DNA of 64,000 bases from the human T2T-CHM13v2.0 reference genome, Homo sapiens. The number at the start of each line of letters is the position of its first letter. The first letter of the stretch is position 1. The notes below the pieces were generated by a model, which was not told where the DNA came from, did not search any database, and was given only the letters and a program-made list of their open reading frames with translations. Position numbers and translations under genes: made by a program. Location of the stretch: NCBI RefSeq assembly GCF_009914755.1, contig NC_060935.1; one strand, 5' to 3'. Shown one piece after another: positions 31,661-45,538 of the stretch.

Positions 31661-34221
31661 ATTCTGCATGCTAATACTAGTTTGTATTTATACACCATTT
31701 TCTTTAATTTATTTTTTCTTAAAATATTTGCTCCTATAGTAATACTCTATTTCAAGAAATAAGCCCTCTAGTAATGCCTAAGATGGTATTTCTAACTGCA
31801 CAGGACAGAAATGACAGATACTTTAAGGAGGGTTAAAAAATACAAGCTGAACTGTATAGAAAATAGGTACATCCATTGACCTTTTTTACTTGGCTGGGGA
31901 AAAAACTAGCTAAATGACTAAAAGGAAATAATATTTTTGCATACCTACTCTGTGTCAAGCAAGACCATACCTCAGGAAAAGTGTGCCTACAGTAACATGG
32001 CAAGGTAAACAGAATAAATGCAAAGCTACAATAATGTTTACTTTAGATTTAAAATATTTGACCTAGAAAATTGAGAGTGCAAAGGCCTTCTACAAAGAAG
32101 GAACTGCAAAGTATTCATTGAGTAAAGGTCAAACCTCACTGTTTAAATATTAAAAGTAAACCACAAGCAAGTTTTTTATAGTCTTGTAACTTTTTTTCTG
32201 TTGTACTGTGCTTAGGGGATCAACTGCAGGGACTGGGATGCTAAAACATTAAAAAAAAAAAAAGACACAGTCTAACAGTTCACATATTCTGGGAATCACA
32301 CCAATGACAAGTGAACTTGTGAACACAGTGAACGATGCACCCAAGAATCAGATCCAAAAGACAGTGTTAAAGCAGTAATTGAATATGGTCAAACTACTAC
32401 TGGAAATACTTCAAATAACTAGTCAAGTACCTGATTTATATACAAAATGATGAATGTATCTGTTTATTTATTAATGTTTCTCTATGGCCCTTAGTTAATT
32501 CCTCAATTTCTTTAAAGAGAATGTCCATAAACCCCCTCTACGTACATGCAAAGGGACCAAAATGCATTTCTCCTCTTTATCAGCAGTGTAGACAAAACTT
32601 TAAAGCTACTACACCATTAGGCAAACATTATTTCATTCTTTGTTACAAATGTTGAGCTTAATTTCCTGCGTTATCTTTTCTTATAAAGTACAAAGCTAAA
32701 TTCCTTTAGATTAAATGTATACATAATGTGACTCCATTGAAGGATTATTAACAGGCACAAGTTATGGAAGGGCAGATTAGGACTAACATATTAAAGAATT
32801 AGGATTGGATTTTTCCTGATATAAAACTAGCAATATCCAAAACTCAGTGAGACCTCATCACTCAGTGTTCAAGCACAAGTTAGATGGAGAAGCTATGTGG
32901 TGGGCTTAATGTTAAAATAAAGAAGCTGTACTTGTGTGATGGCCAGACTAGATGATGTGAAAGATCATGGATCATTTTTAAGATTTACAATAAAATACTA
33001 CAGAGAATAAAATAAATTAAAGACATTCATAAAACAAGTATTTCAGTATGTCTTGGTCATCTACAAGATGTCAAGTATTACTCTATGTACTAGATATGAA
33101 CTGAAAGAATAACCCTTGTCCTAAATACTAAATAGTTCACCCTCTAAAGAAGAGGGATAAGGAAACTAATAATTAATAGTGCTGATGGTTTTTCACTAAA
33201 GCCAAAATGGTATTCATAGATATGTGAATGAAGAGATTTACCTTATTCCTGTAACTTAATACTTCCAACAAACGAGCTAAGCAATGAAAGAATTCTTCGC
33301 TGTTCAAGCGTTCTATGCATGGGGTTTTCTTTTCTCTCAAAGAGCAAAATTTCCATCAGAAGTATTCCATGATTTTCCTCTAGAACGTCATCAAATCTCC
33401 ATAGTAGTAAACAACTTTGTATTCCACTCTGATTTCTAAAAAAAAACCACTTTGAAAGGTAATCAAGGCCCTGGATCTGATGGAATAAATTACTTTAGTT
33501 GCAGTAGAGAATTCTTTCAGAATTTTTGGCAAAGATTTGTTTTATACATATATATACTTAGTAAAGCTTGAACCAGATGTGCAAGTGTGCTTGAACCTTC
33601 TCTGCAGAGAAGATGAAAATATGCCTTTCTGGTCAAAGAATCCTTAGGGGAAAAAAAAGCTTTCTATTTGAAGTTTCAAAGGGCTATACAGTTCCCAAAA
33701 GGGACTAACAAGCAGAAATAACACTTCGTATGATACTTCGAATACTAATCTACTGAGTACTGAAGTCCACTGCTCAAAGATAGGAGGAGCTAGAAATTTA
33801 AAAAACAATCAGTAATATCAGAGTCATGTGCACAAGGGATGAGATATAGCCTGTCAATTATTCAGTCATATCCTCAAAACCGTAGGAGAAATGTTATTTA
33901 ACAGAATACCTGCTTCAAATGTTTTCCTTCTGTTCCAAGCCGCAAACCAGCTCTAACATTTCAAGCAAGGTTTCTCTATGTGGCTCCTTTTGCTTGCCTA
34001 AGATACTTTGAAAACTGACTTTACATTAAACAACTGCACAGAATAATGGAAAAAGCACTTCACTTTAGGAGGTGTATGAAATAAAATCTGGTGGGACATA
34101 GCAAACCTTAGTCAAAAAATGAGAAGAAAATGGTCAATTTATTTGGTAGGGTCAGCAAAGCTTGACTACAAGAAGTAACACAAAAATCTCAGGCTTAGGT
34201 CTATGCTTTTATAAGAGTGTG

Positions 34222-34244
34222 GTGTGTGTGTGCGCGCGTGCGTG

Positions 34245-34273
<29 letters not shown>
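34222..34273. repeat. Compound (GT)n(GC)n(CA)n microsatellite
   Basis: gtgtgtgtgtgcgcgcgtgcgtgcacacaca... Confidence 0.95.
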
Positions 34274-34275
<2 letters not shown>

Positions 34276-35428
34276 TCATAAAACAGCAAGGTATATTCTT
34301 ATTGGTTAGGGTCCCATACAGTAGTCTCAAATTTCTGACCCATTATTCTGTTAATTCTATAAAGATCTCTCCTGCTATGGAAGGACCTTAACCTGCCTAA
34401 AACAGTTAATTTCCCTTAGATGGTTAAGTAACTTTGCAACTCTGAGATTAAGAAATAAATCAAACTTAACCTTTTATATTGTGTTTAAGTAAAAGTATAG
34501 TAATAGCTCTGCAACCTTTTTTGATATAAAATTTATTTCACTTTAACACAGGAAACACATTTTTAATGGCACTCACGTTCATTTATAATGACTTGTTCAT
34601 TATAACTTTTTAAGAATGTGTGTTTGTCTTTTGAACGTATTTGAAACCCTTAAGTGAATAAGCTATACAAAACTAATAACAGCTTAAAATTTTATAATTT
34701 AATTAAGCTAACCATGAAAATGGTAAAGAATTTTAGTCTGATTATTTCTTAAAATAATTGAGTGATTTGCTAAATTTACCAAGAGCATTTAATGCTTAAG
34801 GAAGGGCAGGTTATTTAAGCTAATAAATTTAATAAATATACTAATTAAAATTAAGTATTCCTTCCTATGCTCTCATACATTTAATGCCCCTTCGGATATT
34901 TTAAAAACCTGATTATCAAAAACACTGGTTTTTCTATTCTAGAATATATGATAATCAAAGTAAAATAGAAGAGTACTTATGATTCTTATTTTATTTTCTT
35001 CATTAGGCCTAATATTTAAAGAGAGGGACAAAGGCAGAGACGGATTGTCAAAAGATCAAAATGGCACAATGGTCTCTTAGTCCTATCGAATGGAAGTCAT
35101 TCTAGAGGCCTCAGCACTGCTCCCATGAAGCTTGTGCTACCAGGCTGTGGAACAGTCATGTAACTACAGTTGTCTGAAATGAACAGCATTTGATATAAAG
35201 AAATTTTTCTTACAAAGACAATTTTTCAACCAACCAAATCAAAGGGAAAAAAATGTGCCTGATTCAGGAATCCCCTGAAGTCCAGCCACAGCTTTAGAAC
35301 CTTTAATAAAAGTGACAAGTGCCAGGAAAGAAACAGGTATAAATGAGAAGGTGGTAACAAGTGTACACATATATATAATTTGAAAAGATACATGCCATAG
35401 AGAATACTTTAAGAATCTTTGAGGTTTC

Positions 35429-36469
<1,041 letters not shown>

Positions 36470-37305
36470 TCTTTGAGGTTTCAAAAATGGAAAATGTTGC
36501 AACTGTATGACAGGATTAGAAAAAGGCCATAATGAAGAAGGGTGATGTCTGGCACAAATAATAAATAGCATAGGTAAATGTGAAAGAGACACTGGTTATG
36601 TGTAAGTCTTGGAGGTAGGACTGGAAAACAGGGCCATACTGTGGAAGGCTATGCTGCAGGAAGATCTGGTACTAACAGTTAGCACTAATAAACCACTTCA
36701 AGTTTCAGAGTACAAAATCAGCTAACCACAAGGACACCTGAAAACAATAATTTGGCAAAAGTGTGTAAGATAGACTTCACAGTACACCTAGTTCTAGCTA
36801 TCGTCCCAGTCCCTGCTTTTTAATCCTACTAGTAATTTCTCACTCTCCATTCTTTAATCTGTGCAAGAAACTTTTTAAAAATATTAGGTACCACAACTTA
36901 GTGTAAACAGCCATTTTCATAAACACACTCTTTATAATGTTATCTAAGTCATGAATGATGTTAGCCTGAAGAAAATTCTAGGGAAGTTGACATTCTCATC
37001 TCCTCCCACACTGACAGTAAATTATGTAAATTAATCTTTGAGAACAGACCTTTAAAACCAGTTTTAAACTTCATTATATCCCAAACCTGATTCTCCAAAA
37101 GAGCAGCTGACTTTGTCCTTCAGCATCAAAAAGAGGTATCATGTAAAAACAAGTACTTTTGTGGGTTTACATCCTTGCCCTGCACTTACCAGTTGTATAC
37201 CTGGACAAGTTACTTAGCCCTCTGTGCCTCAGTTTCTTGATCTATAAAACTGTAATAATGACATGGACTACCTCAAAGGATACTGTGAAAATTGCATGAG
37301 TTATT

Positions 37306-37513
37306 TTGGGGGAAAGGGGAGGATTTTGTTTTTAGTGTTTTTATTTATTTATTTATTCTTTTTTTAGAGACAGGGTCTCACTCTGTCATCTAGGCTGGAG
37401 TACAGTGGTGCAATCATGGCTCACTGCAGCCTGGACCTCCTGGCCTCAAACAATCCTCCACCTCAGCCTCCCAAGTAGCTGGGACTACAGGAGCACACCA
37501 CCACACCCAGCTA
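37306..37513 (-). mobile_element. FRAM / AluJ right monomer inserted in a MIR
   Basis: Single monomer; TSD gagttatt (37298-305 / 37514-21); MIR core at 37190-37260. Confidence 0.75.
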
Positions 37514-37589
37514 GAGTTATTCATATACATCTAAATCTGTAATGCAGAAGTTGAACTCAGCTGTTCAACTTCTAACTACATTTATGCCT

Positions 37590-38680
37590 GTGATTATTTT
37601 ATGCAGTATCATAGATTTAAATATCACTTACATGTTAATAACTCCCAAATTTCTATCTCCAGCACAGAGGACTTTTTCCCAACTACCCAATTCTATCTTC
37701 TCCCTACTCCCAACCATCCAACTGCCTACTTGACATCTCCACTTATTCCACATCTAACAGGCATCCAAACTCTCAATATATCCAAAACAGAACCTCTGAT
37801 TTGCCCCAAAACCTATTCTTCCTTTTTCTTCCACAACTCAATTAATGGCTATTCTTTCAGCTGCTCAAGCTAAAAACCTTGGAGTCCTCTTTGCCTCCTC
37901 TCTTTAGCCCATTACCCACCCCCCACCTAAACCACCATAAAAATCCTGTCAGTTTTTCTTTCAAAATATATACATAAAGTATTTATACAAATACAAAATG
38001 CAATCACTTCTAACCATCTCCATAGCTACTATCTGTCTTGGTCAAAGCCACTATCATTTCTTATCTGCATTATTACAAAAGCCCACCTCTACTTCAGCTT
38101 CTGCAAACCGTTCTTAATAGAGAATCCAGAATGGTCCTGTCAAAATATGTTTTCTGCTTAAAACCATGTAATAGTTTCTCACCACCTCAGTCAGAAAAAA
38201 AAGTCCACCTCCTTACCATGACTTTCAAAGCTTAACATGATCTGGCCACCTATAGTCTCTCTAACCTGTATCTCCTACTTCCCTCTCTCATTTATTCCAC
38301 TCCAGCAACACCAGTCTCGTTGCTATTCTTCCTACACATCAGACATATTTCCATCTTTGGGCCTTTAAATCTCTGTTCCCTATGACTACTGCGCTCTTCA
38401 CTCAAATACACAGAAATTCACTCTTCCACTAACTACAAGTCCTTACATAAAGTCCTTACACTTTTTCAACAGAATTGGCCTGTGCATTCCAAGCCACCAA
38501 CCCACCTGTCACTCAAAATTGCCACTACCCTGCCATAGGGTAACTTTCTGATACACTGTATTATTTTTTAATTTGCTTATCATTTTTATAATTTATTGTT
38601 TCCCTCCCTACCCAAATGAAAGTTCCATGCAGGTAGGTGTTTTTATTTGTTTTGTTCACTAACAGATAGATGAATTAATC
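37590..38680 (+). mobile_element. L2a 3' region
   Basis: ataactcccaaatttctatctccagc...ccaactgcctacttgacatctccact...aagttccatgcaggtagg. Confidence 0.7.
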
Positions 38681-38954
38681 ATAGACCAAAGTAATTTGTT
38701 TTATATGAAATGAATAACTAATTCAAGTCTCTCATTCTGAAGGAGACAGTTAAGAAGCAGTTTGACTCATACAGAAGCAATCAGTAAGCAGCACAGTCCA
38801 GAATAAAAGCAAGACTCCTTGGTCTCAGCCCGAGGCTTTTTTCCACCAGAGCACACTGATAGAATGTAAGAGAATATATAGAAAACTAAATTTTTTAAAA
38901 CAAGCATGCATACACATAAACACACAGACACATATACAGACACATCTCACATTA

Positions 38955-39335
<381 letters not shown>

Positions 39336-39363
39336 TTACATTCTCCAAACTTTTATTACTTAC

Positions 39364-39453
39364 CTCTACCCCAGATTTTTTTGGTATCTGTGTTATAGTT
39401 TCTTTGAATTTATTTGCCTTTTCAAGTTGAACTTTAAGTTGTTCAGCTAATTC
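39364..39453 (-). CDS. CWF19L2: CWF19L2 coding exon (90 nt, probably exon 10)
   Basis: ttctttttgaag|GAA TTA ... GTA GAG|gtaagt. Encodes ELAEQLKVQLEKANKFKETITQIPKKSGVE. Phase 0 to 0. Confidence 0.95.
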
Positions 39454-40884
39454 CTTCAAAAAGAAAAACAAGTAAAATATGTGCGATATGTAGTTTAATT
39501 CTTTACGACAAAATGTTCAAATTTACACAACAGAAGGAAAAACAGCATAACCAACACTCATGTAGCCTTCATCTAATTTCAATTACCAACCCATAGCCTA
39601 GTATACTACTTTTTAATGAACTTATCTCAGTTACAAACTTCTTGAATACCTGTGACATGCTTCAAAGATAAATAATTATAAGGACATATATTTTGGAAGA
39701 GATAGATGAAGGAAATACATAACCTTAATGACATTTTAATAATTACTAAATATTACAAAAGTTCAATACTTTCAACTTCGGTTATTGGTAACAAAAAAGC
39801 TATCACAAGATTTAAACTGTTACCTTCTTTATTGTTGATAATTTAGATGAAAATTCCGAAGATATTTCATTTTTACTCTAGGAAACTTATAGAAATTTAT
39901 ATAAAACAACTGCCATATAAAGCAATAAACCATGAAGTAATACATTAAATAAGTAGATTTATGTGACATGCAAAGAATAGCAAGCACCACCACAGTGTTC
40001 TTCTTGAACACAAGAACACATATTTCACCCTTTTACCTAGATGACCTCTCTTTCACTATTTTAACTAATTCCTCTGTACTTTCAAAGCTCAAACTTTACT
40101 TTCTTGCTATCGTTACTGTTGTTGGTTTACTTCCCTTACCAATTTCTAGGACGAGTGGAAGTTCAGTGTTTCCAAGGATCAGATTCAAAGAGATAGAGCA
40201 GCATATGCAAGATATGCCCTTTATTAGACATAACACAGAAATATCTTGTTTGGTTACCATTTGTTCTACTACAGTATTGTACTAATAGTTTACCAAAACA
40301 TAAGACTACTTAAAGATCCCTTATATTTGGGTTTGAGATGAGTGCATACATATGACCATGACTGAATCTATTCTATCAAGATGTGGAATATCTGGCTGTG
40401 CTATTCTGCCATGTGCACTTAAATATATACATCTCACTGTATATTATTTTAATATGCATGTGACAATAAGTGAATGGATGAATGGATAAATGCAGCTCTT
40501 ACCAAATCATCCCTATTTCTTACAATTCTGAGGTAAATTAGTCTTAAATCAAACATTACTACAGGAATTAAATGAGTAAGCCTACACAAAGCATCTAACA
40601 CAGTATCAGGCACAGCACATTTACTTAAAACTTGAATAAATGACTTAATCCTCCTTTTTAGGTTCCTAAGTAATTTGGAAAAGTAAAAAACATTCTTACA
40701 AATATATGACAAAAATGAGGTAGAAAAAGTGACATCTTTATCTCCCTTAAATATGCTCAATGAGTTACAAATGCAGGAATAAAGTAAATAGCCAAGTAAA
40801 AAAGAAATTTAAAAGCATGAAGTTCCTTAGTATCTTCAATTTCAGAGATCTGACAGAGAAAGTAGATCATTTATTTAGAAGTAG

Positions 40885-41229
<345 letters not shown>

Positions 41230-41347
41230 TAACCAACAGTTATTTTCACAGTGTGCTATATCCACACTGCTAAGGAACTTCTAAAATTACTCATAAGAAG
41301 TTAAACATTTAATCATTATTCTCTAAAGCAACATCTAAGAGTCTTAC

Positions 41348-41441
41348 CATATTCCCCATCATCTCTGCTTTGATAATCTTGGCTCCCAACTTGTTCTTCT
41401 CATCAACACTCAGGATGTGAATGGACTCACGCTCTGGACTG
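41348..41441 (-). CDS. CWF19L2: CWF19L2 coding exon (94 nt, probably exon 9)
   Basis: ttccaatag|C AGT CCA ... AAT ATG|gtaaga. Encodes SPERESIHILSVDEKNKLGAKIIKAEMMGNM. Phase 2 to 0. Confidence 0.95.
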
Positions 41442-43720
41442 CTATTGGAATAGGAAAGATTAACAGCATATGAAATATAGGTGCGATGCAAGCAATAACA
41501 TCAAGACTCAAATGTTATTTTAACTGACCTCAACAAAGCATTCAGTACCAATAGCAGATCATGATTGTAATACATGTAAATTAAACTCAATATTTTTCCA
41601 CAAATTGATAAAGTTCTCTGTTACAATGCCACAACCACCTATGGCAGTTATAATAACTGATCAAAATCCCAATAACAATGAGATAAATAGTACTTATCAA
41701 CTCTTCTTATTTAATATCCCCATACTCGTAACTTTAAAAAGGAAACAAACAAAAAACGTTCGAACCAGGCCATAATTCTATACATCTTTGGAAACTCTTC
41801 TCATTCGACATAAGTTGTTAATAATCTAAGAAACTATAAAATGATATATATATCTAACTGCATTCAAAGAATAAAAGCATTGATCGTGTGCTTTTTTGTA
41901 AAGTCAGTCCAGAACATAACATATAGTCAAATAATATAAACTAGTTTAAAACTGGTATCATGTGCCAAACCTATACTATGGAAGCCTCACACAAAAAAAG
42001 AAACCTCCAGCCAAGGTCAGATTTCCCTAGCTTACTGCCTTAAGAAATAATTCAAGGCTACAGTGCAGGACAGTGACCTCAGTCAGAGTCTGAAGGATTT
42101 CTGAGTAAAGGAGACATAGCCAGGAGTCCAAGAATTCCAAGGCAGCTAGAATTCACAGAACAGAGTACCAAAGAAGCGAAAGCTGCACCATAAGAAAATC
42201 CCAGAGAACTGCAGAGGGTTCCCCTTGAGTACTCAGCAAGAAACCACCTGCAGTCAGGGAAAGAACTAGCCCAGAGGATTGGAGGTAGAGTACCTGGCAT
42301 TCCTGGGAACTGCTTATCCAGTCCCACTAGCTAGACTAGGAAATCACGTAATTCAAAAAGCACTAGACACAGTATTAAAGAGTCTTGCTTCATTAGTGGG
42401 AAACAGCATGCCCTAGACTAAATGCTGCTCTGGGCCCACCTAAAAAATGTTAAAACAAAAGTTAAAAGGATCAAATGTTTTCCAATTAATCAGAACAATA
42501 TAAATATTCCAGAACAAAGCTCAGGAATATTTATAGAAATTCAAAAATGTCTAGCACTCAACAAGGTAGTCTGTAAAACTTAGTATCTAATCAATGATGA
42601 TCAGACAGGCAAATAAGTAGAAAAACACAACCCATAATTAGAACAAAATGCTATCAGTCAAAATCAACCCAGAACTGACACAGATGTAAAAAACAGCAGA
42701 CAAGGATACTAAAAGTGATTATTATAACTGTGTTCCATAGGTTCAAAAAGTCAGACACAACAAAGATATAAAAAAGATCCAAAATAAACTTTTACAGATG
42801 AAAACTACAATGTGTGAGATAAAAAATATATGGGTAAGATTAATGGAAAATTAAGCTGCAGAAGTAGAGTTTGGTGAACTTGAAGCAATATGAAAAATGA
42901 AACAGAGAAAAGAATCTGTAAAAATGAAAAGAGCATCAGAGGGCTGTGGGACAACCTTAAGTATCCCACCATACATGTAACGGAAGATAACTATTTTTAA
43001 AATATATTTGAGGTTTATAACAAGTATAAGTAAAATGTATGAGAACACTAACAGAAAGGAAAGAAAGGGAGAAATATAAATAAACAATGATAAAGTTCTT
43101 ACACCATTCAGGAATAGCATATCACTTGAAGATAGACTATGATAAGTTAAAGGTATAGTACACCATCAAAGACAAAGCAACCACTATTTAAAAAAAAATA
43201 TATAGCAACCAAGGAAATGAAATGGAATCATAAAAATAATCCAAAACAAGTAAGAAAAAGAGGACAAAGTGAAAAAAGAACAGATGGGAAAAATAGAAAA
43301 CGAATAGCAAAGTTACATATTTGAACCTAATTATATCAACAACATTATATATAAATGGTCCAAATACCTAAATTAAAAGGCAGAAATTATCAGATGGATA
43401 TAAAAGCAAAATTCAACTACAAGAAATGTTCTATAAATACACAGACATACGTATGTTAAACATAAAAGGATAGAAAAAGATATACCATGTTAATGCTAGT
43501 CAAAAGAAAGTTGAAGTGGCTACATTAATATCAAACAAACAAGATTACAGAGGAAAACAATATTACCAGGGACAAAGAACGTCATTTCATATGAAAAAGG
43601 AGTCAATCCAGCAAGAGCGTTTGAATACATGAGCAAAAACTGACAGAAGAGAAATAAACAAATCCACAATTATAGCTATAAATTTCAATACCTCTCTCTC
43701 AATATTTGATAGGATAAATA

Positions 43721-44044
43721 TAATAGTCCCCCCCCTTATCTGCAGGAGTTATGTTCCAAGACCCTCAGTGGAAGCCTGAAATCTTGGATAGTACCAAACC
43801 TTATCTGTAGTATTTTTTTTCCTATATATACATACCTATGTTAAAGTTTGACTTATAAATAAGGTATAGTAAGACACTAACAACAACAACCAATAACAAA
43901 ATAGTACAATTACAACAATATACTGTAATAAAAGTTATGTGACGGTGGTATCTCTTGCAGAATACTGTAATATTTTCAGAGCATGGTTGATCATGGGTAA
44001 CTGAAACCTCAGAAAGCAAAACCATGGATAAAGGGGGACTACTG
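43721..44044 (-). mobile_element. MER44A
   Basis: TIRs tagtcccccc..ttatc / gataaagggggactactg with TA flanks. Confidence 0.8.
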
Positions 44045-45317
44045 TAAACAGAATCAGCAAGCATAAGGAAGACCTGAATAATACTATCAACTAACATGCC
44101 CAAATGGACATCCATAGAACACACCACCCAACAAGAATAGAAGACACATTCTTTCCAAGTGCATACAAAATATTTCCTGAGATACACCATGTTCTAAGCT
44201 ATACAAACAGTCTCATAAATTTAAAGGAATTCAAGTTGTATAAACTATGTTCTTTTATCACAATGAAATTAATTAGAAATCATTAACAAAAGTCTCTGGA
44301 AAATCCTCAACTATAATACTTGGAAACTAAATAGCGCAACTGTAAATAACCCATGGGTCAAAAATAAGACCAAAGGAAAATTATATGACACATGTCTGAA
44401 CTGATGGAATGCTGCTAATTCAGGGGGAAATTCATAGCACTAAATATTTATATTAGAAAAGATCTCAAATCAATCACCTCATCTTACACCTTAAGAAAGC
44501 AGAAAAAGAGCAAATTAAAACAAAGTTTAAAAAATTCAAAAAACAATAAAAATCAGAGTAAAATAAATAGAAAATAGAAAAACAATAAATTCAGTGAAAC
44601 CAAACGCTGATATTTAAGGCAATAAAATTGATAAACCTATAGCCTGCCTGATAAAAAAGAGATCTAAATTACTAGTAGAGAGGTAACAGCACTACACGTT
44701 GTAAGCACTTTACAAAAAGATATCCAGATGGCAAATAAGCACATAGAGAGATGTTCGGCATCAGTAGTCATTAGCCATTAGGGGAATACAAATTAAAACC
44801 ACAATGAGCTACCACTACACATCCGCTAGAAGAGCTAAAATTTACAAGACTGACCATTCCAAGTTTTTACAAGGATGTGGAGAAACTGAAACTCTTATAC
44901 ACTGTTGGTGATCATGTAAAATGGTACAATCACTTTGGAAAACAGTTTAGCAGTTTCTTAGTATTTAAACATACAGTTACCATATGATTTAGCTACTGCT
45001 CTCCTAGGTATATTTATCCAAGAGAAAGGAAAGCATATGTCAACACAAAGATTTGTACCTGAATGTTCAGAATTGTACATAATTTATAATAGCCAAAACG
45101 TGGAAACAATCTCAAATTCACCAACAGGAGAATGGAAAAACAAATTGTGATGTACCCACCAATAGTATATTACCCATCAATAAAAAGGAATGAACTACTG
45201 ACATATGCAACAACATAAATGAAGCTCACAATAATTACTCTGAGTGAAAGAAGACAGACCAAAAAGAGTGCATAATGTATGATCCCATTTACATCGAACT
45301 CTAGAAGATGCAAACTA

Positions 45318-45538
45318 CGGTTGACCCTTGAACAACACAGGGGTGAACTGCCCAGGTCCACTTATACACAGATTTTTTTCACCCAAACGTCAATCAAAAA
45401 TGCAGCATTCATGTGATGTAAAAACTACATATACCAGAGTAACATTTTCATACATGTGGGTTCCAACTTGAGTATGTGCGACTTTGGAATACTTGAGTGG
45501 TCCTAGAACCAACTCCCACGAATTCCAAGGGACAACTG
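45318..45538. mobile_element. MER8/Tigger2-type MITE
   Basis: TIRs cggttgacccttg / caagggacaactg with TA flanks. Confidence 0.75.

Larger units (their letters stand above)
30123..35300 (-). pseudogene. Candidate decayed multi-exon gene derived from a CxC/KDZ (Kyakuja-Dileera-Zisupton) transposase
   Basis: Exon-like blocks with AG/GT sites at 34106-33910, 33642-33494, 33435-33242, from 30979, 30501-30459 and from 30332. Spliced translation gives C*SWFAAW...GFFDQKGIFSSS/CREG ... YYYGDLMTF ... FFHCLAR ... GL-/GEIVE*LF, resembling KDZ motifs in the expected order. Family call from recalled motifs only. Confidence 0.5.

Noticed and set aside
32100-32235. Strong acceptor tttttttaatgttttag|catcccag
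   Set aside because: No matching motif or clear donor; may simply reflect a poly-A run.
33243-33434. Alternative 63-codon open frame in candidate exon C (NQSGIQSCLLLWRF...KLQE*)
   Set aside because: No motif similarity, and it ends in a stop just before the donor. The stop-containing frame fits the KDZ motifs and the phase-0 donor better, though this frame cannot be fully excluded.
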